DNA of 64,000 bases from IMG/VR virus record IMGVR_UViG_3300035670_000026, positions 1 to 64,000 of that record. The stretch is one strand, 5' to 3'. This document shows positions 37,183 through 47,920 of this stretch, one piece after another; the first letter of the stretch is position 1, and each line of letters opens with the position of its first letter. Source of the DNA: a virus. Below the pieces are notes generated by a model. The model was not told the origin of the DNA, ran no database searches, and saw nothing but the letters and a program-made list of their open reading frames with translations. Made by a program: the position numbers and the translations under genes.

Positions 37183-39447
37183 ATGGCAAAATTTGACTTT
37201 AAAAAAGCAATCCTAGAAAATAAAGCTACCTTTTTTGGTTCATTAAACGAAGGTCAATTTTCTTGGTTTACTCAAGATACAGATCAACAAATTGGATCAG
37301 AACCAGAAAATACTCTTCCTTTTGTTTACATGCACGATAATAAAGGCAATAAATGGTTAGAAAAAAATTATGATGGATATGGTGAATTTGGTGGTAAAGA
37401 TTACTATGAATTACTAGACCAAATGAATGGTGGTGATGGTGATAGAAGTAGAGGTATTGATTTAGCTTTTGATAAAGAAGCTGTTGCTACTGGTAAAATA
37501 TTATTTCCAGCACTAACTGTTAGTGCAACATTACCTTCATACCATAGTTTTAATGAAGAACCAAAAAATGACCCAAACCAATCTTGGTATACTCCTGAAG
37601 AGGATGATTTTTATGATCAAAATGATGAAGAGGAATATGGATATGATGAGGATTATGACGAAGAAGAATTAGATGAAGCAGAATTGCCTGTTTTAACTGC
37701 TGATCAAGTTAAAATGATTGCTCAACAAGTAGCAGATAAATTTTCTGCAACAGATGATTTAGATATTAAATTTTTAACCACCCCAGGTTCAGTTGAAGCT
37801 GACCCTAAAGGAGCAGGATTTGATCTTGATACAATTGCAGGACCAAACACCCCCGGTGACGATTGGAAAGATGAAAATGGATTTACTATTGACAATTATT
37901 TAGGTAAATACGCTGGTGGTTCTTATTATATTAAACCTGAAGGCGGTAAACATAAGATTTATAACGCCGCAGCACAGAATGCTTATATTGGACACGTTAC
38001 TCCTCAAGGTGAGGTAGTATTTGAAATTCCTGGTTTCGAAGGAACTATAGATCAATTAAACTTTCTTGAAGAAGAAAAACCAAAAACAAAAATGAAAAAA
38101 TCAGAATTAAAAGAACTTATTAAGTCATCTATCATGAACGAAGTGTATCTTGATATTGACAACATGGAAGATGCTCCTGAATCAGAAGTTGATTTCTTAG
38201 CAGAAGTTGATGCTATTTTAGCTGAAGCTGATAAAGTAAAAGAAGGTGTATGGTCAGTAGTACCCGCTCGTATCCCTGAATTTATTAAGGCCATTGAAAA
38301 TATCAAAGAAGAATACCACGGTATTGTAGGTAGTGATGATGTATACAATGGGTTAGATGCTGCCATTTCAGCTGCAGAAGAATTATTAATGAATACTGCA
38401 GAAATTAACGAAGCAGACGAAGAAGTAGCAGTAGATGATACTGAAGTAGCAGTTGATGGTGAAGAAAATATTAATGTTGATACAACAATAGAAGTTGATC
38501 CTAATGTAAAAGCAGTTCAAGATTCATTAACACAAGCTCAAGCAGCTGCTCAAAAATTAGGTGATCCTAAATTAACAGATCAAATCGGTAATACAATTAC
38601 ATTCTTTACTCGTGCACACGTTGTAGATAAAGGTGCTGTAGCTGAAGAATTAAATGAAGTAAAATCACTCTTATTTTCGTTTGATTACAATACAGATGAA
38701 GATGATGTGGACTACATCCAAGGTTTATTAAAAGATGCTAGAGTTAATGCGATTGCGCAACCTGGTCTTGAATCAGGCGAAATGATAGTTAAAGCAAAAA
38801 ATGAAGTTGAATTGCGTAAAGCTAAAAAAGTAATCCAAGCAAATGGATTTAAAATCTATAAATCAGTAGAGGAAGGTAAAGAAATGGTAAATGAAGATTT
38901 AGCATCAGCTCTTACAGCGCTTATAATTTCTATAATAGCCATCCCAGCTTTACCAATAACTGGAGCATTATTAATGGGATTAATTGACTATCTATTTAAT
39001 GACTTACCTGATCAAAGAGCTGAAGCAAAATCATTAAGATCATACAAGGGACCTGATAAGCAAGAAAAAGTTTTAGCTTTAGCTAAAGAAATTGAAGCTA
39101 AATTATCCCCAGGTAAAAAGAGATACTTAAAAACATTAGTTAATCGTATTGGTGCTTCTAAACTTGAAGACAAAGCTAGAGAATACCGCGAATTAGATAG
39201 ATATGCTTCATCCGAAAAATCTCGAATGGATCGTGGATTAAATGAAAATCTAAAAACTGATATTGAATCTGCTCTAGAAGATCTTCCTATTCCAACCAAT
39301 ATGGAAGAAGATAAAAAAGAATATTACAAAGATGCTGAATCAGATGATGCGGCACATATTAACGCATTAGAAAAAGACATGAAAGATGATAAAAAATCAT
39401 CAATGAATGAAGTTATGTTTCCAATGTTAAAAAGAATTTTAAAATAA
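37183..39447 (+). CDS. Large acidic modular protein (putative capsid cargo)
   Basis: 754 aa with many LNE/INE/LDE sites. Confidence 0.6.
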   Translation: MAKFDFKKAILENKATFFGSLNEGQFSWFTQDTDQQIGSEPENTLPFVYMHDNKGNKWLEKNYDGYGEFGGKDYYELLDQMNGGDGDRSRGIDLAFDKEAVATGKILFPALTVSATLPSYHSFNEEPKNDPNQSWYTPEEDDFYDQNDEEEYGYDEDYDEEELDEAELPVLTADQVKMIAQQVADKFSATDDLDIKFLTTPGSVEADPKGAGFDLDTIAGPNTPGDDWKDENGFTIDNYLGKYAGGSYYIKPEGGKHKIYNAAAQNAYIGHVTPQGEVVFEIPGFEGTIDQLNFLEEEKPKTKMKKSELKELIKSSIMNEVYLDIDNMEDAPESEVDFLAEVDAILAEADKVKEGVWSVVPARIPEFIKAIENIKEEYHGIVGSDDVYNGLDAAISAAEELLMNTAEINEADEEVAVDDTEVAVDGEENINVDTTIEVDPNVKAVQDSLTQAQAAAQKLGDPKLTDQIGNTITFFTRAHVVDKGAVAEELNEVKSLLFSFDYNTDEDDVDYIQGLLKDARVNAIAQPGLESGEMIVKAKNEVELRKAKKVIQANGFKIYKSVEEGKEMVNEDLASALTALIISIIAIPALPITGALLMGLIDYLFNDLPDQRAEAKSLRSYKGPDKQEKVLALAKEIEAKLSPGKKRYLKTLVNRIGASKLEDKAREYRELDRYASSEKSRMDRGLNENLKTDIESALEDLPIPTNMEEDKKEYYKDAESDDAAHINALEKDMKDDKKSSMNEVMFPMLKRILK

Positions 39448-39453
39448 AAGTAT

Positions 39454-39624
39454 ATGAACACACAAGAAATTTTCGAAAAAATTGAAGCTTTATATGAATT
39501 ATTCAAAGCAGAACATGCTGGAAAATCAAAAGCCGCTCATGGTCGCGCTCGCAAAGCATTAGGTGAAATCAAAAAATTGGTAGCCGAATACAGAAAAGCG
39601 TCAATCGATGAAGATAAAAAGTAA
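39454..39624 (+). CDS. Histone H1-like (Hc1-type) small protein, not in the ORF track
   Basis: MNTQEIFEKIEALYELFKAEHAGKSKAAHGRARKALGEIKKLVAEYRKASIDEDKK; KAA..RARKA..E.RK.S signature. Confidence 0.7.
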   Translation: MNTQEIFEKIEALYELFKAEHAGKSKAAHGRARKALGEIKKLVAEYRKASIDEDKK

Positions 39625-40966
39625 TTTAACTGAAAAGAAGCTTACTAAAGCTGAATTAGAGGCAAGAGAAAAAGTAATTAAAGACTTAAAAAAAAATAAG
39701 TCTGCTCTTGTTAAACGCTACGGCAAAGATGCTGAAGCAGTTATGTATGGACGTGCAACAAATATAGCTAAAAAAATGGCAGAATCAGAAAATAAAAATC
39801 GCATTAAAGAGCTTGTTAAAAAATCTCTTATGCAGGAAGCCGACATCGAAGTAGATGCCGATAGATATGAAGGTGAACAAGAACTAAGTCAAGCATCTGC
39901 TATGTTGGATGATTTAGAAACCAAATTAAACAACCATGATTGGTTTTATATGATGGCTGATGACAATAGAGCTTACACTTCTGGTTCAGCTAAAGAAAGA
40001 GAAATTCGTGATTTAATTTCTAAACTAGAATCTATGGGTTATGGAAAAGAAGCAAAAGATATGTACAATGAAAAAGAACCATATTCAAAAGCTTTTGGTC
40101 GTGATTCTAAATTAAAAGAAGCTAAAGGTAAAGATATGGATAAAGATGGCGATATCGATTCAGACGATTACTTAGCTGCCCGCGATGCTGCTATTAAAAA
40201 GGCAAAAGGCGAAATAAAAGAAGATTGGGGTAGTTCAGATCAATCTATTATGAACCAAGGAATTCATAAAGATTTAGGTAATCCTACAGAATTTCCTTCT
40301 CCATTTGATCCTAAATTTGAATCAGCAGTTGAATCAGCTGTAGATTTTTATTGGGATGAATGGCCTGAATATAGAACAGATAGAGATGGTCTTATAAATC
40401 ATGCTAAAAAACTTTACTACAGAGCTTATTTTCCTGAAAAATTTGAAGGATTTATGAAAATGTTTGGTGAAAGTTTAAATGAAGATATCGATTTAGGTCA
40501 CCAAGATAATGAACCACATATGATTAAAGGCGAATTATACCATATAGGTAAATACGCTATGAAGTTATATGCTATTATGGAAGAATTAGAAGAAGCAGGT
40601 GGTGAATATGACCTTCCAGCTTGGTGGCAGTCAAAAATTACTACTGCTAAAAATATGATGTCAAGTGCTAAACATTATCTTGATTTCGAATTAAAAGAAC
40701 CAGCAATTGATGCAGCCGTTGATGCTTTAACAGGTGAAGAACCTCATATGGGTGAACCAATGATGGAAGCAGAAATTAGTGCTGAAGAAAAATTAGCAGG
40801 TAAAATTGCTAAAGCACTTAAGGATATAGCTAATAAAGATGCTTCTGATCAAAGTAACCTTAAACAAGCTAGAACAGCTTTAAATAAAGGTAATATTGAA
40901 GCTGCTAAAAAAATTGCAAAACCTTATATAGCTGAAAAATTAGCTAAGCAATTAAAATCTAAATAA
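39608..40966 (+). CDS. Modular hypothetical protein (putative capsid cargo)
   Basis: DMDKDGDIDSDDYL EF-hand-like motif; LPAWWQSKI; start uncertain. Confidence 0.6.
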   Translation: MKIKSNLTEKKLTKAELEAREKVIKDLKKNKSALVKRYGKDAEAVMYGRATNIAKKMAESENKNRIKELVKKSLMQEADIEVDADRYEGEQELSQASAMLDDLETKLNNHDWFYMMADDNRAYTSGSAKEREIRDLISKLESMGYGKEAKDMYNEKEPYSKAFGRDSKLKEAKGKDMDKDGDIDSDDYLAARDAAIKKAKGEIKEDWGSSDQSIMNQGIHKDLGNPTEFPSPFDPKFESAVESAVDFYWDEWPEYRTDRDGLINHAKKLYYRAYFPEKFEGFMKMFGESLNEDIDLGHQDNEPHMIKGELYHIGKYAMKLYAIMEELEEAGGEYDLPAWWQSKITTAKNMMSSAKHYLDFELKEPAIDAAVDALTGEEPHMGEPMMEAEISAEEKLAGKIAKALKDIANKDASDQSNLKQARTALNKGNIEAAKKIAKPYIAEKLAKQLKSK

Positions 40967-41445
40967 TGAAAAAAAGCGAATTAAGAGATAAAATTAAAAT
41001 GCTTGTACAAAAAACGTACAAAGCTAAGACCATTGATTTAGATAAAGGTGGTGAAGTTACTCTTGACGCTGAAAAATTTCCTGTTTTAACAAAATTTCCT
41101 AAACTAAAAAAAGTAATCGTAGATCTATTAACAGATCAATACGAAGTTTTTATGACCAATATTGAGTGGGTAGCACCACGACCAACAACTTTCCGAATTA
41201 TACTTGGTAACGATGAAAACTTTTTGTTGATTTATACCGATAGAAGCTGGATTGCTCAGGTTGAAGGTAAAAAGTATTATTTGTTAAACCTCGGCGAAGA
41301 AGAGCAAGCAGCCGAATCTATTTCAAGATTATTAGCATATGGCCAAAAAACAGAAACCAGCACCGAAACCAGCTCAGAAGCCGGTTCCGAAGAAACAGGG
41401 CAAGAAGAAGTAACAGCTTCCTCTGAAGAAGAAACTACAACTTAA
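40966..41445 (+). CDS. Hypothetical protein
   Basis: WVAPRPTTFRI; acidic tail. Confidence 0.6.
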   Translation: MKKSELRDKIKMLVQKTYKAKTIDLDKGGEVTLDAEKFPVLTKFPKLKKVIVDLLTDQYEVFMTNIEWVAPRPTTFRIILGNDENFLLIYTDRSWIAQVEGKKYYLLNLGEEEQAAESISRLLAYGQKTETSTETSSEAGSEETGQEEVTASSEEETTT

Positions 41446-41447
41446 TT

Positions 41448-42566
41448 ATGAATATATTTGATAAACTTATCAAAGAAATTTCTTATAAATTTCCAAAAGG
41501 ATATCTTGACATCGATGATGCTCAAGATGTTCTTTTTTTCCAATCAATATTAGAGTCAATAGGTATTGAACTTTATAATTCTATTTTAATTAACGAAGCT
41601 GCCGAAGATATCAAAAATGAACTTATTGATGCGGGTTATACTCCTGAAGACATTATTGTAAAAAGTAGTAAACAAATTCGTTTATTAACTAAAGGAAATG
41701 AACGTAAATCTACAATGGATAAATTGTTAAAAGATTTAGAAGGTTCACGTTACGATATAAATTTTAAAGGTTCATCCTTAGGTGCTATCATAGCAGATGA
41801 TGGGACAGCAATTATTGTTAAACCAAAAGAAAGACAAGGTGGTTTATCTGCTGGTTTAGATAATGAACAAATGCTTGTAGATAGCATAAACCAATATACC
41901 CAAGATGACCCAATCAACATCAGATTTAAAGGAATAAATAAATCTGTATCTTACAATGATGTTGCTTCAGCTAAATCTGTAGGTGCAGATACAGCAGGTG
42001 GTAAAAAAGCAGATGTTCAATTATTAGATAAAAGTGGTAGTGTTATAGCAAATATTTCTCTTAAAAAAGCAAACGCTGAAATGTGGGAAAGTGCTGATAG
42101 ACGTTATAAAAATTTAATGCTTAAATTATCTGAAAAACTTTTAGATAGCCCATTTCCAAATGTTGCTTTAAGAACAACAGATAAAAAAGATATATATCGT
42201 TTATATAACCCAGCAACCGGAACAGATTTAGGAGGTCTTGTAATTACAGATTTACCAGACAATGAAAATGAATCTATTGTATTTGGTACTGATAATCCAA
42301 AAACAATAGTTATCAAACATACTTTCCAACCTTCAGATTTTAGCTTTAATAAATCTATACTAACAATAGATTCAGGTACTATTTTTACTGATTTAAAAGA
42401 TATTGAAGGAACAAAATACGAACCTATATTAGTAATTAGACACGATGTAACTCGTACTGCAACTAATGGTTTACGTCCTATTGTTTATAATGCTTCTCAT
42501 GCTTATAAAGACGGTAAATTAGCTGGGGGGAGAACAGAGTTAACTTATAATGAAGCAATAAAATAA
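41448..42566 (+). CDS. Putative PD-(D/E)XK restriction-like endonuclease
   Basis: GLDNE..KADV..ISLKK motif order. Confidence 0.5.
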   Translation: MNIFDKLIKEISYKFPKGYLDIDDAQDVLFFQSILESIGIELYNSILINEAAEDIKNELIDAGYTPEDIIVKSSKQIRLLTKGNERKSTMDKLLKDLEGSRYDINFKGSSLGAIIADDGTAIIVKPKERQGGLSAGLDNEQMLVDSINQYTQDDPINIRFKGINKSVSYNDVASAKSVGADTAGGKKADVQLLDKSGSVIANISLKKANAEMWESADRRYKNLMLKLSEKLLDSPFPNVALRTTDKKDIYRLYNPATGTDLGGLVITDLPDNENESIVFGTDNPKTIVIKHTFQPSDFSFNKSILTIDSGTIFTDLKDIEGTKYEPILVIRHDVTRTATNGLRPIVYNASHAYKDGKLAGGRTELTYNEAIK

Positions 42567-42579
42567 AATATTTATAAAT

Positions 42580-43227
42580 ATGTGTGGCTGCGGATGTAAT
42601 ACTTGTGATACTAAAAAATCTGTGCTTATGCTTAATGAAAGTATAGCACCGCGTGGGATATTGTCTGAAGGTCTTAAATACCATATAGACAATAATAGAC
42701 CGCTTACTGAACAGACTTATCGTGCTGGTTCATCAAACTATTTTAACTTGTGGGCTGAAGCTCGCTCATTTTATTCTCGTGAAATTATTGAAGTTACAAA
42801 CGAGGATGATTTAGCTATCTTAACCGAAACCAATTTAGGTGAATATGGTACATTAGAAGATGGTACTCGTGTTCCTTTAGATTTTATTATGGAAGATGTT
42901 TATCTTGATTTAAATGAAAATTTAGATGAAGCTAAAAAATCACAAAAGAAAGATCCACCAATTGGAAAACCAATGCGTGATTCATCAGGTGGTAAAGCTT
43001 ATAAAGTATACGTTCGCGATCCTAAAACCAAGAAAATTAAAACAGTACGTTTTGGTTCAGGTGGTTTAAAAGCTAAAATCAATAATCCTAAAGCACGTCA
43101 AGCATTTGCTAAACGCCATAAGTGTTCAACACGTAATGATAAAACAAAAGCTTCTTACTGGTCTTGTCGCTTGCCTCGTTACGCTAAATTGTTAGGATTA
43201 AAATCATCTTTTTCAGGATTTTGGTAA
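42580..43227 (+). CDS. Hypothetical protein with basic C-terminal domain
   Basis: KVYVRDP..VRFG..FAKRHKC..ASYWSC. Confidence 0.6.
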   Translation: MCGCGCNTCDTKKSVLMLNESIAPRGILSEGLKYHIDNNRPLTEQTYRAGSSNYFNLWAEARSFYSREIIEVTNEDDLAILTETNLGEYGTLEDGTRVPLDFIMEDVYLDLNENLDEAKKSQKKDPPIGKPMRDSSGGKAYKVYVRDPKTKKIKTVRFGSGGLKAKINNPKARQAFAKRHKCSTRNDKTKASYWSCRLPRYAKLLGLKSSFSGFW

Positions 43228-43556
43228 TGATAAAATTATTAAATATATTAAATGAAGCAAAAAAAGTAAAAGAAACTTTTGAAAATTTTGCTGAAAAAAG
43301 AGGCGAGGGTGCTGCTAAAATAGCTAAAACCGCAGAGGAAAAAGGTGGTTTAGCACTTTTAACTTGGCATCATTTTAAAGTTAAAGCTCCCTATTATAAA
43401 AAAGCAACTGAAGGTAAATTTGATAAAGAAGCTGCCAAAAAAGAATTTGAGAATACATTAAAAAGTATTTCATTAAACATGACTCCAATTGAATTTCAAA
43501 GAGAGGTTGGTCGTTTAGAGGTACTAGGTGAATTATTAATTAGAGATAAAAAATAA
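43227..43556 (+). CDS. Hypothetical protein
   Basis: MIKLLNILNE leader; start at ATG 43227. Confidence 0.6.
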   Translation: MIKLLNILNEAKKVKETFENFAEKRGEGAAKIAKTAEEKGGLALLTWHHFKVKAPYYKKATEGKFDKEAAKKEFENTLKSISLNMTPIEFQREVGRLEVLGELLIRDKK

Positions 43557-43559
43557 ATT

Positions 43560-43997
43560 ATGAATACATTTGATTTAAGAAGATATTTAGTTGAAGGTAA
43601 ATTATATGAAGCAGCAATGGCTTGTCCTTTACCTACTCAAGATTTAGAACTAAACACCAAAAATAGAGACTCAGCTATCAAAGCAGATTATATTAAATAT
43701 GGTCCTTTAAATGTTGATGAACCTGGAGATTTTTGGGACGAATTAGCTGAACACTGGGATACAACAGTTGAAGCAGCTAAACAATCACTTTGTGCAAATT
43801 GCGCTGCTTTTGATATTTCTCCTAGAATGGATGATTGTATGCCCGGTCCTTTATCTGATGAAGATGGAAGATTAGGATATTGCTGGATGCATAGTTTTAA
43901 ATGCCATTCAGCCCGTACTTGTAGAACATGGGCTAAAGGTGGTCCTATTGTAAAAGATACTATTTCTTACGAGTGGCAAGAACGTAAAGGAGAATGA
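43560..43997 (+). CDS. Cys-rich hypothetical protein
   Basis: CANCAAF..GYCW..FKCHSARTCRTW. Confidence 0.6.
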   Translation: MNTFDLRRYLVEGKLYEAAMACPLPTQDLELNTKNRDSAIKADYIKYGPLNVDEPGDFWDELAEHWDTTVEAAKQSLCANCAAFDISPRMDDCMPGPLSDEDGRLGYCWMHSFKCHSARTCRTWAKGGPIVKDTISYEWQERKGE

Positions 43998-44254
43998 AAC
44001 CCTATAAAGACATAGAAGTTAATAACAAGTATGTTATTAGAGAATTTAGCGAAAACATTGACCCAATAGAGTTAATGTGGCATCGCGATGATGAAGATAG
44101 AACAGTTGAAATAATTGGTAAAACTGATTGGCAACTTCAATTAGATAATCAATTACCAACTTCTATAAATCAACCTATATTTATACCTCGACACGAGTGG
44201 CATCGCGTTATTAAAGGAACAGGTACACTTACATTAAAGATACACAAATCATGA
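43994..44254 (+). CDS. Small cupin-like protein
   Basis: WHRDDEDR..FIPRHEWHRVIKG. Confidence 0.6.
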   Translation: MKPYKDIEVNNKYVIREFSENIDPIELMWHRDDEDRTVEIIGKTDWQLQLDNQLPTSINQPIFIPRHEWHRVIKGTGTLTLKIHKS

Positions 44255-44862
44255 AATCAATAGATACATTTGATTTAAGAAAATTTATAACTGAAGGACA
44301 GTTAGAAAAAAACTTACAAGAAGTTGATATTAACTTAGATGATAAAGAACAATCCGTAGTTGATGATGTAAAAGACGAAATGTCTGATATATTAAAAACT
44401 ATGGATACTGAATTAGCTAAAGCATCTGAATCTACCAATGAAGGTTTATTAACTGTAGCTAGTATTGCTATTGCATTACCTGCTATTATGGGACTAATTG
44501 CTAAATTTGGTAAAGCAGCGGGTAATATGGTTAATAAAGTTTTAGGTAAAAAACCAACAGACCAAGATGCTTATCAACAATGGATGACTAAATTAGGTCA
44601 TATTGCTGATGAATTACATCATTTGTATATGGCTCCAATTGAATCAATTGTTAAAAAATTTGTTAAAGATCCTGTAAAAGCTAAAAACGTATCAAGTGGT
44701 ATTTTTCACGTAATTGTAGCAACATTTTTAATAGCATCAGGAGCAACAGCCGTAAAAGCTTTACAATCTAAAAACTTATCTTTAGCAACTTTAGAAGGCG
44801 CTTTAAGTGCTATTAAAGGGGGAGAATTAAAACAATTTATCTCAGGACTAATTAGAGTTTAA
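44251..44862 (+). CDS. Hypothetical protein with hydrophobic helices
   Basis: FDLRKFITE leader. Confidence 0.6.
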   Translation: MKSIDTFDLRKFITEGQLEKNLQEVDINLDDKEQSVVDDVKDEMSDILKTMDTELAKASESTNEGLLTVASIAIALPAIMGLIAKFGKAAGNMVNKVLGKKPTDQDAYQQWMTKLGHIADELHHLYMAPIESIVKKFVKDPVKAKNVSSGIFHVIVATFLIASGATAVKALQSKNLSLATLEGALSAIKGGELKQFISGLIRV

Positions 44863-44895
44863 TTTTATAATATTTATAAATAAACACTATAACAG

Positions 44896-45375
44896 ATGGC
44901 TCAACAATTTTACCATATAGCATGTTTAAACGAAACCCAAGCAGATTCATTAGGTCGCGGATTTATTTCGGCGTCTTTAGGAAATACTTCTGGTTTTAAA
45001 GCAGTAGCTATAGAAGATGCTTCCTTTCCAGAGTGGCAAATAGCAAATGTTATAACTTATGGTGTTGCTACACCTTTATCAGCCATCCAAAAATTATTTG
45101 ATCTTTCAGGATACGTTCAAGCACCGTTTGTTGCTATTATGCCCATATTTAGTAGCTCAGGTGCCAAATTAACATCTTGTAGATTGTACCAATTTGAAGA
45201 CCAAAATGATTTTTTAACCAATGGTTGGAAAATACCAGCAATAGATGGTAATCCAATTCAACCTTCAAAAGCACCTTTTGTAGATATTCCACAAGGAGTT
45301 TCTACTATTTCGGCAAATGGAGGTTTATTATATTTTTACGACACCAACTTTTCACAAAACTCAATTTTAAGTTAA
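44896..45375 (+). CDS. Hypothetical protein
   Basis: ORF after ATATTTATA at 44870. Confidence 0.55.
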   Translation: MAQQFYHIACLNETQADSLGRGFISASLGNTSGFKAVAIEDASFPEWQIANVITYGVATPLSAIQKLFDLSGYVQAPFVAIMPIFSSSGAKLTSCRLYQFEDQNDFLTNGWKIPAIDGNPIQPSKAPFVDIPQGVSTISANGGLLYFYDTNFSQNSILS

Positions 45376-45381
45376 TAAATT

Positions 45382-45792
45382 ATGCCATCATATCATATAG
45401 GATCATTTGACCAAGCAGTAGTAGATGCTATGCCCCCAAGCGGAAAAATAGTAGCAATTCAAAATAATCCAAATAATAATAATAAATGTGTTGCTTATGA
45501 TGATACTGATTTTAATAATTTTGGAGTTAGTAAGGCTAAAACTCAACAAGTATTCCCACTTGCTGCTACAGTATACTGGACTGTAATGCCATATAATAAT
45601 GAAGGAGTATGTTTATATTGTTCATTCCCAACATTATCAGATCTTCTAAACAATGCTCAATTTACCCCAGATTTAGGTGGTGGAGCTATAGGAGGAGGCA
45701 CATTTGGTACAGTAGATGATGTAGCGATTTATTTATCAAATATAGGGGGAATGTTAATTATACCAACAGGTATTCCTTATGTAGGACCTTAA
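45382..45792 (+). CDS. Hypothetical protein (distant paralog of the previous gene)
   Basis: Shared YHI.., K.VA.D, MP and GG.L pattern. Confidence 0.55.
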   Translation: MPSYHIGSFDQAVVDAMPPSGKIVAIQNNPNNNNKCVAYDDTDFNNFGVSKAKTQQVFPLAATVYWTVMPYNNEGVCLYCSFPTLSDLLNNAQFTPDLGGGAIGGGTFGTVDDVAIYLSNIGGMLIIPTGIPYVGP

Positions 45793-45853
45793 TAATTGAA
45801 TAACTTACAGACGGATTCATAGCCCGTCGCTTTAATAAAAATTTTTAGAGAGC

Positions 45854-45884
45854 TGTGGCCTCCAATTTGGAGGCCACATTTTTT
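45854..45884 (+). terminator. Intrinsic terminator overlapping the next promoter
   Basis: TGTGGCCTCCA-att-TGGAGGCCACA plus T-tract. Confidence 0.8.
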
Positions 45885-45916
45885 GTTTGTATATTTAAAT
45901 GTTAAACTTGTAATAA

Positions 45917-47278
45917 ATGAAGAGAATTGTAATTGTAGGAGCTGGAGTTGCAGGAGTAAATGCAGCAACTAAACTTGTAGATAATGGTTATCCTGGAGAA
46001 CTAATCACAATCATTGATATGGGAAAAGATCCATACCAACGCAAACCAGAAGAAGTAATGACTGGTTTCCTAGGTGCAGGTGGTTGGTCTGATGGTAAAC
46101 TAACTTATCACACAGCAATTGGAGGACAATTATCAAAGTATTGTGGTGAAGAAAAAGCAATGGAATTGATGGATCAAGTAATTACCAATTTCAAACGTTT
46201 TCATCCTAAACCTGAAGAAGTACAATGTTCAAATCCTGTCGAAGAACCTGAATTTATTAAACCATATTTTGGTTTACGTTTATTTCCAGTATGGCACGTT
46301 GGAACAGATTATCTATCTGAAATTGCTAAAAATTGGTACGATTATTTAGTATCTAAAGGTGTACAATTTATTTGGGAAACTAAAGTATATGCTATTGATT
46401 TTGAGAATTGTAGAGTATTAGCTAATTCATTAATAGAAAAATTAGAATACGAACGCAGATACGATGAATTAATTTTTGCAGTAGGTAAATCAGGTATCGA
46501 TTTTGCTCAAGAATTAGCCCAAGAATATAAACTTCCCGACGAACCTAAATCAGTTCAGATTGGTGTACGTTTTGAAGCCCCACAAAAACACTTCCAAAAG
46601 TTGATTGACATCAGCTATGACTTTAAGTTGTATCGTAAGTTTGAAGATAAAGGTGTTTCGCTTCGCTCATTCTGTACAAATAACAATGCTGCTTATGTTG
46701 CTGTAGAGGAAACCTATGGAGATCACAGTTACAATGGTCACGCTAAAAAAGACGAAGCATATAGAAATAATATGACTAACTTTGGTATCTTGATGGAAAT
46801 TAATGGTATTGAAGATCCATTTACTTGGTCACGTGAAGTAGTAAATAAAGTACAAGCAAACGGAACTGGTTTGTATTATAGTCCATCTCGTAAACCATCT
46901 ACTACCTCTGAAGGTAATAATGTAACTTCAACTCAAATTAGTTTAGATACACTTGTTCATGTTGTAGAACCTGCAATGGGTGGTTATTTTAAATATGTAA
47001 TGGATTTTATTATGGATATGAAAAAAGTATTCCCAACACTTCAAGATGATTGGGGTATGTATATTCCTGAAGTAAAATATTTGTCACCTGAGGTTAAAGT
47101 AGATTATAATAATTTAGCATTAGCTGATTATTCAAATGTACATTTTGTGGGTGATGCTTTGAGTGCTCGAGGTATTACAGTATCAGGAGCACAAGCGATT
47201 TATGTTGTTGAATCTATGCTTGGAGAATGGAAAAAACATGTGTATCTTTTAGATCAAGGAACAGGAGATTTATTTTAA
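45917..47278 (+). CDS. FAD-dependent oxidoreductase
   Basis: IVGAGVAG, GAGGWSDGKL, GVRFE, SFCTN, FVGDA. Confidence 0.85.
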   Translation: MKRIVIVGAGVAGVNAATKLVDNGYPGELITIIDMGKDPYQRKPEEVMTGFLGAGGWSDGKLTYHTAIGGQLSKYCGEEKAMELMDQVITNFKRFHPKPEEVQCSNPVEEPEFIKPYFGLRLFPVWHVGTDYLSEIAKNWYDYLVSKGVQFIWETKVYAIDFENCRVLANSLIEKLEYERRYDELIFAVGKSGIDFAQELAQEYKLPDEPKSVQIGVRFEAPQKHFQKLIDISYDFKLYRKFEDKGVSLRSFCTNNNAAYVAVEETYGDHSYNGHAKKDEAYRNNMTNFGILMEINGIEDPFTWSREVVNKVQANGTGLYYSPSRKPSTTSEGNNVTSTQISLDTLVHVVEPAMGGYFKYVMDFIMDMKKVFPTLQDDWGMYIPEVKYLSPEVKVDYNNLALADYSNVHFVGDALSARGITVSGAQAIYVVESMLGEWKKHVYLLDQGTGDLF

Positions 47279-47283
47279 AAATT

Positions 47284-47535
47284 ATGGAAAATCATAAATA
47301 CACCCCCGCAAAAAAACTTATTAAAGCTGATGGTACTATCGCTTATGTATTTGACAATAAACTTCACAATTGGGAAGGTCCAGCATTAATTCCAGAAGGT
47401 GATATGCGTAAACGTGAATACTATCTTAATGGTATTCAACTTACAGAAGATGGTTGGAAAGAAGCTCGTAAAAATAGAGAAGGATTGCCTTGGTATAAAC
47501 AAGCTTCATCAAAAGGAGGCACAAACAGATTTTAA
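47284..47535 (+). CDS. Hypothetical protein (LH..EGPA..EYYLNG repeat type)
   Basis: Start moved to ATG 47284. Confidence 0.6.
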   Translation: MENHKYTPAKKLIKADGTIAYVFDNKLHNWEGPALIPEGDMRKREYYLNGIQLTEDGWKEARKNREGLPWYKQASSKGGTNRF

Positions 47536-47536
47536 A

Positions 47537-47920
47537 ATGGGACACAAATATGAACCAATACCCCGTAAGGGAGATACATACAAAAAAGCTTGGGGACATG
47601 AGCTTTGGATTGTTAACGATGATGAATATTGTGGTAAACTTCTAGTGTTTAATAAAGATAAAAAATTTTCTATGCATTATCATTTGATTAAAAAAGAATC
47701 ATGGTATGTTGCTGAAGGGGAATTTGAATATAGTTGGTTAAACACAGAAACAGCTTCCCACGAATCAACTGTGATTTGTCAAGGAGATGTTGTAGATTTA
47801 GAACGTGGACAACCTCATCAATTAAGAGCACTTACAGAAGGAGCTACAATTTTTGAAGTATCAACCAAACATTACGAAGAAGATAGTTATAGAGTACTAC
47901 CAGGATCATCACAATTATGA
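47537..47920 (+). CDS. Cupin (mannose-6-phosphate isomerase-like)
   Basis: KAWGHE, SMHYH..KKESW, PHQL, EVST; start at ATG 47537. Confidence 0.75.
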   Translation: MGHKYEPIPRKGDTYKKAWGHELWIVNDDEYCGKLLVFNKDKKFSMHYHLIKKESWYVAEGEFEYSWLNTETASHESTVICQGDVVDLERGQPHQLRALTEGATIFEVSTKHYEEDSYRVLPGSSQL

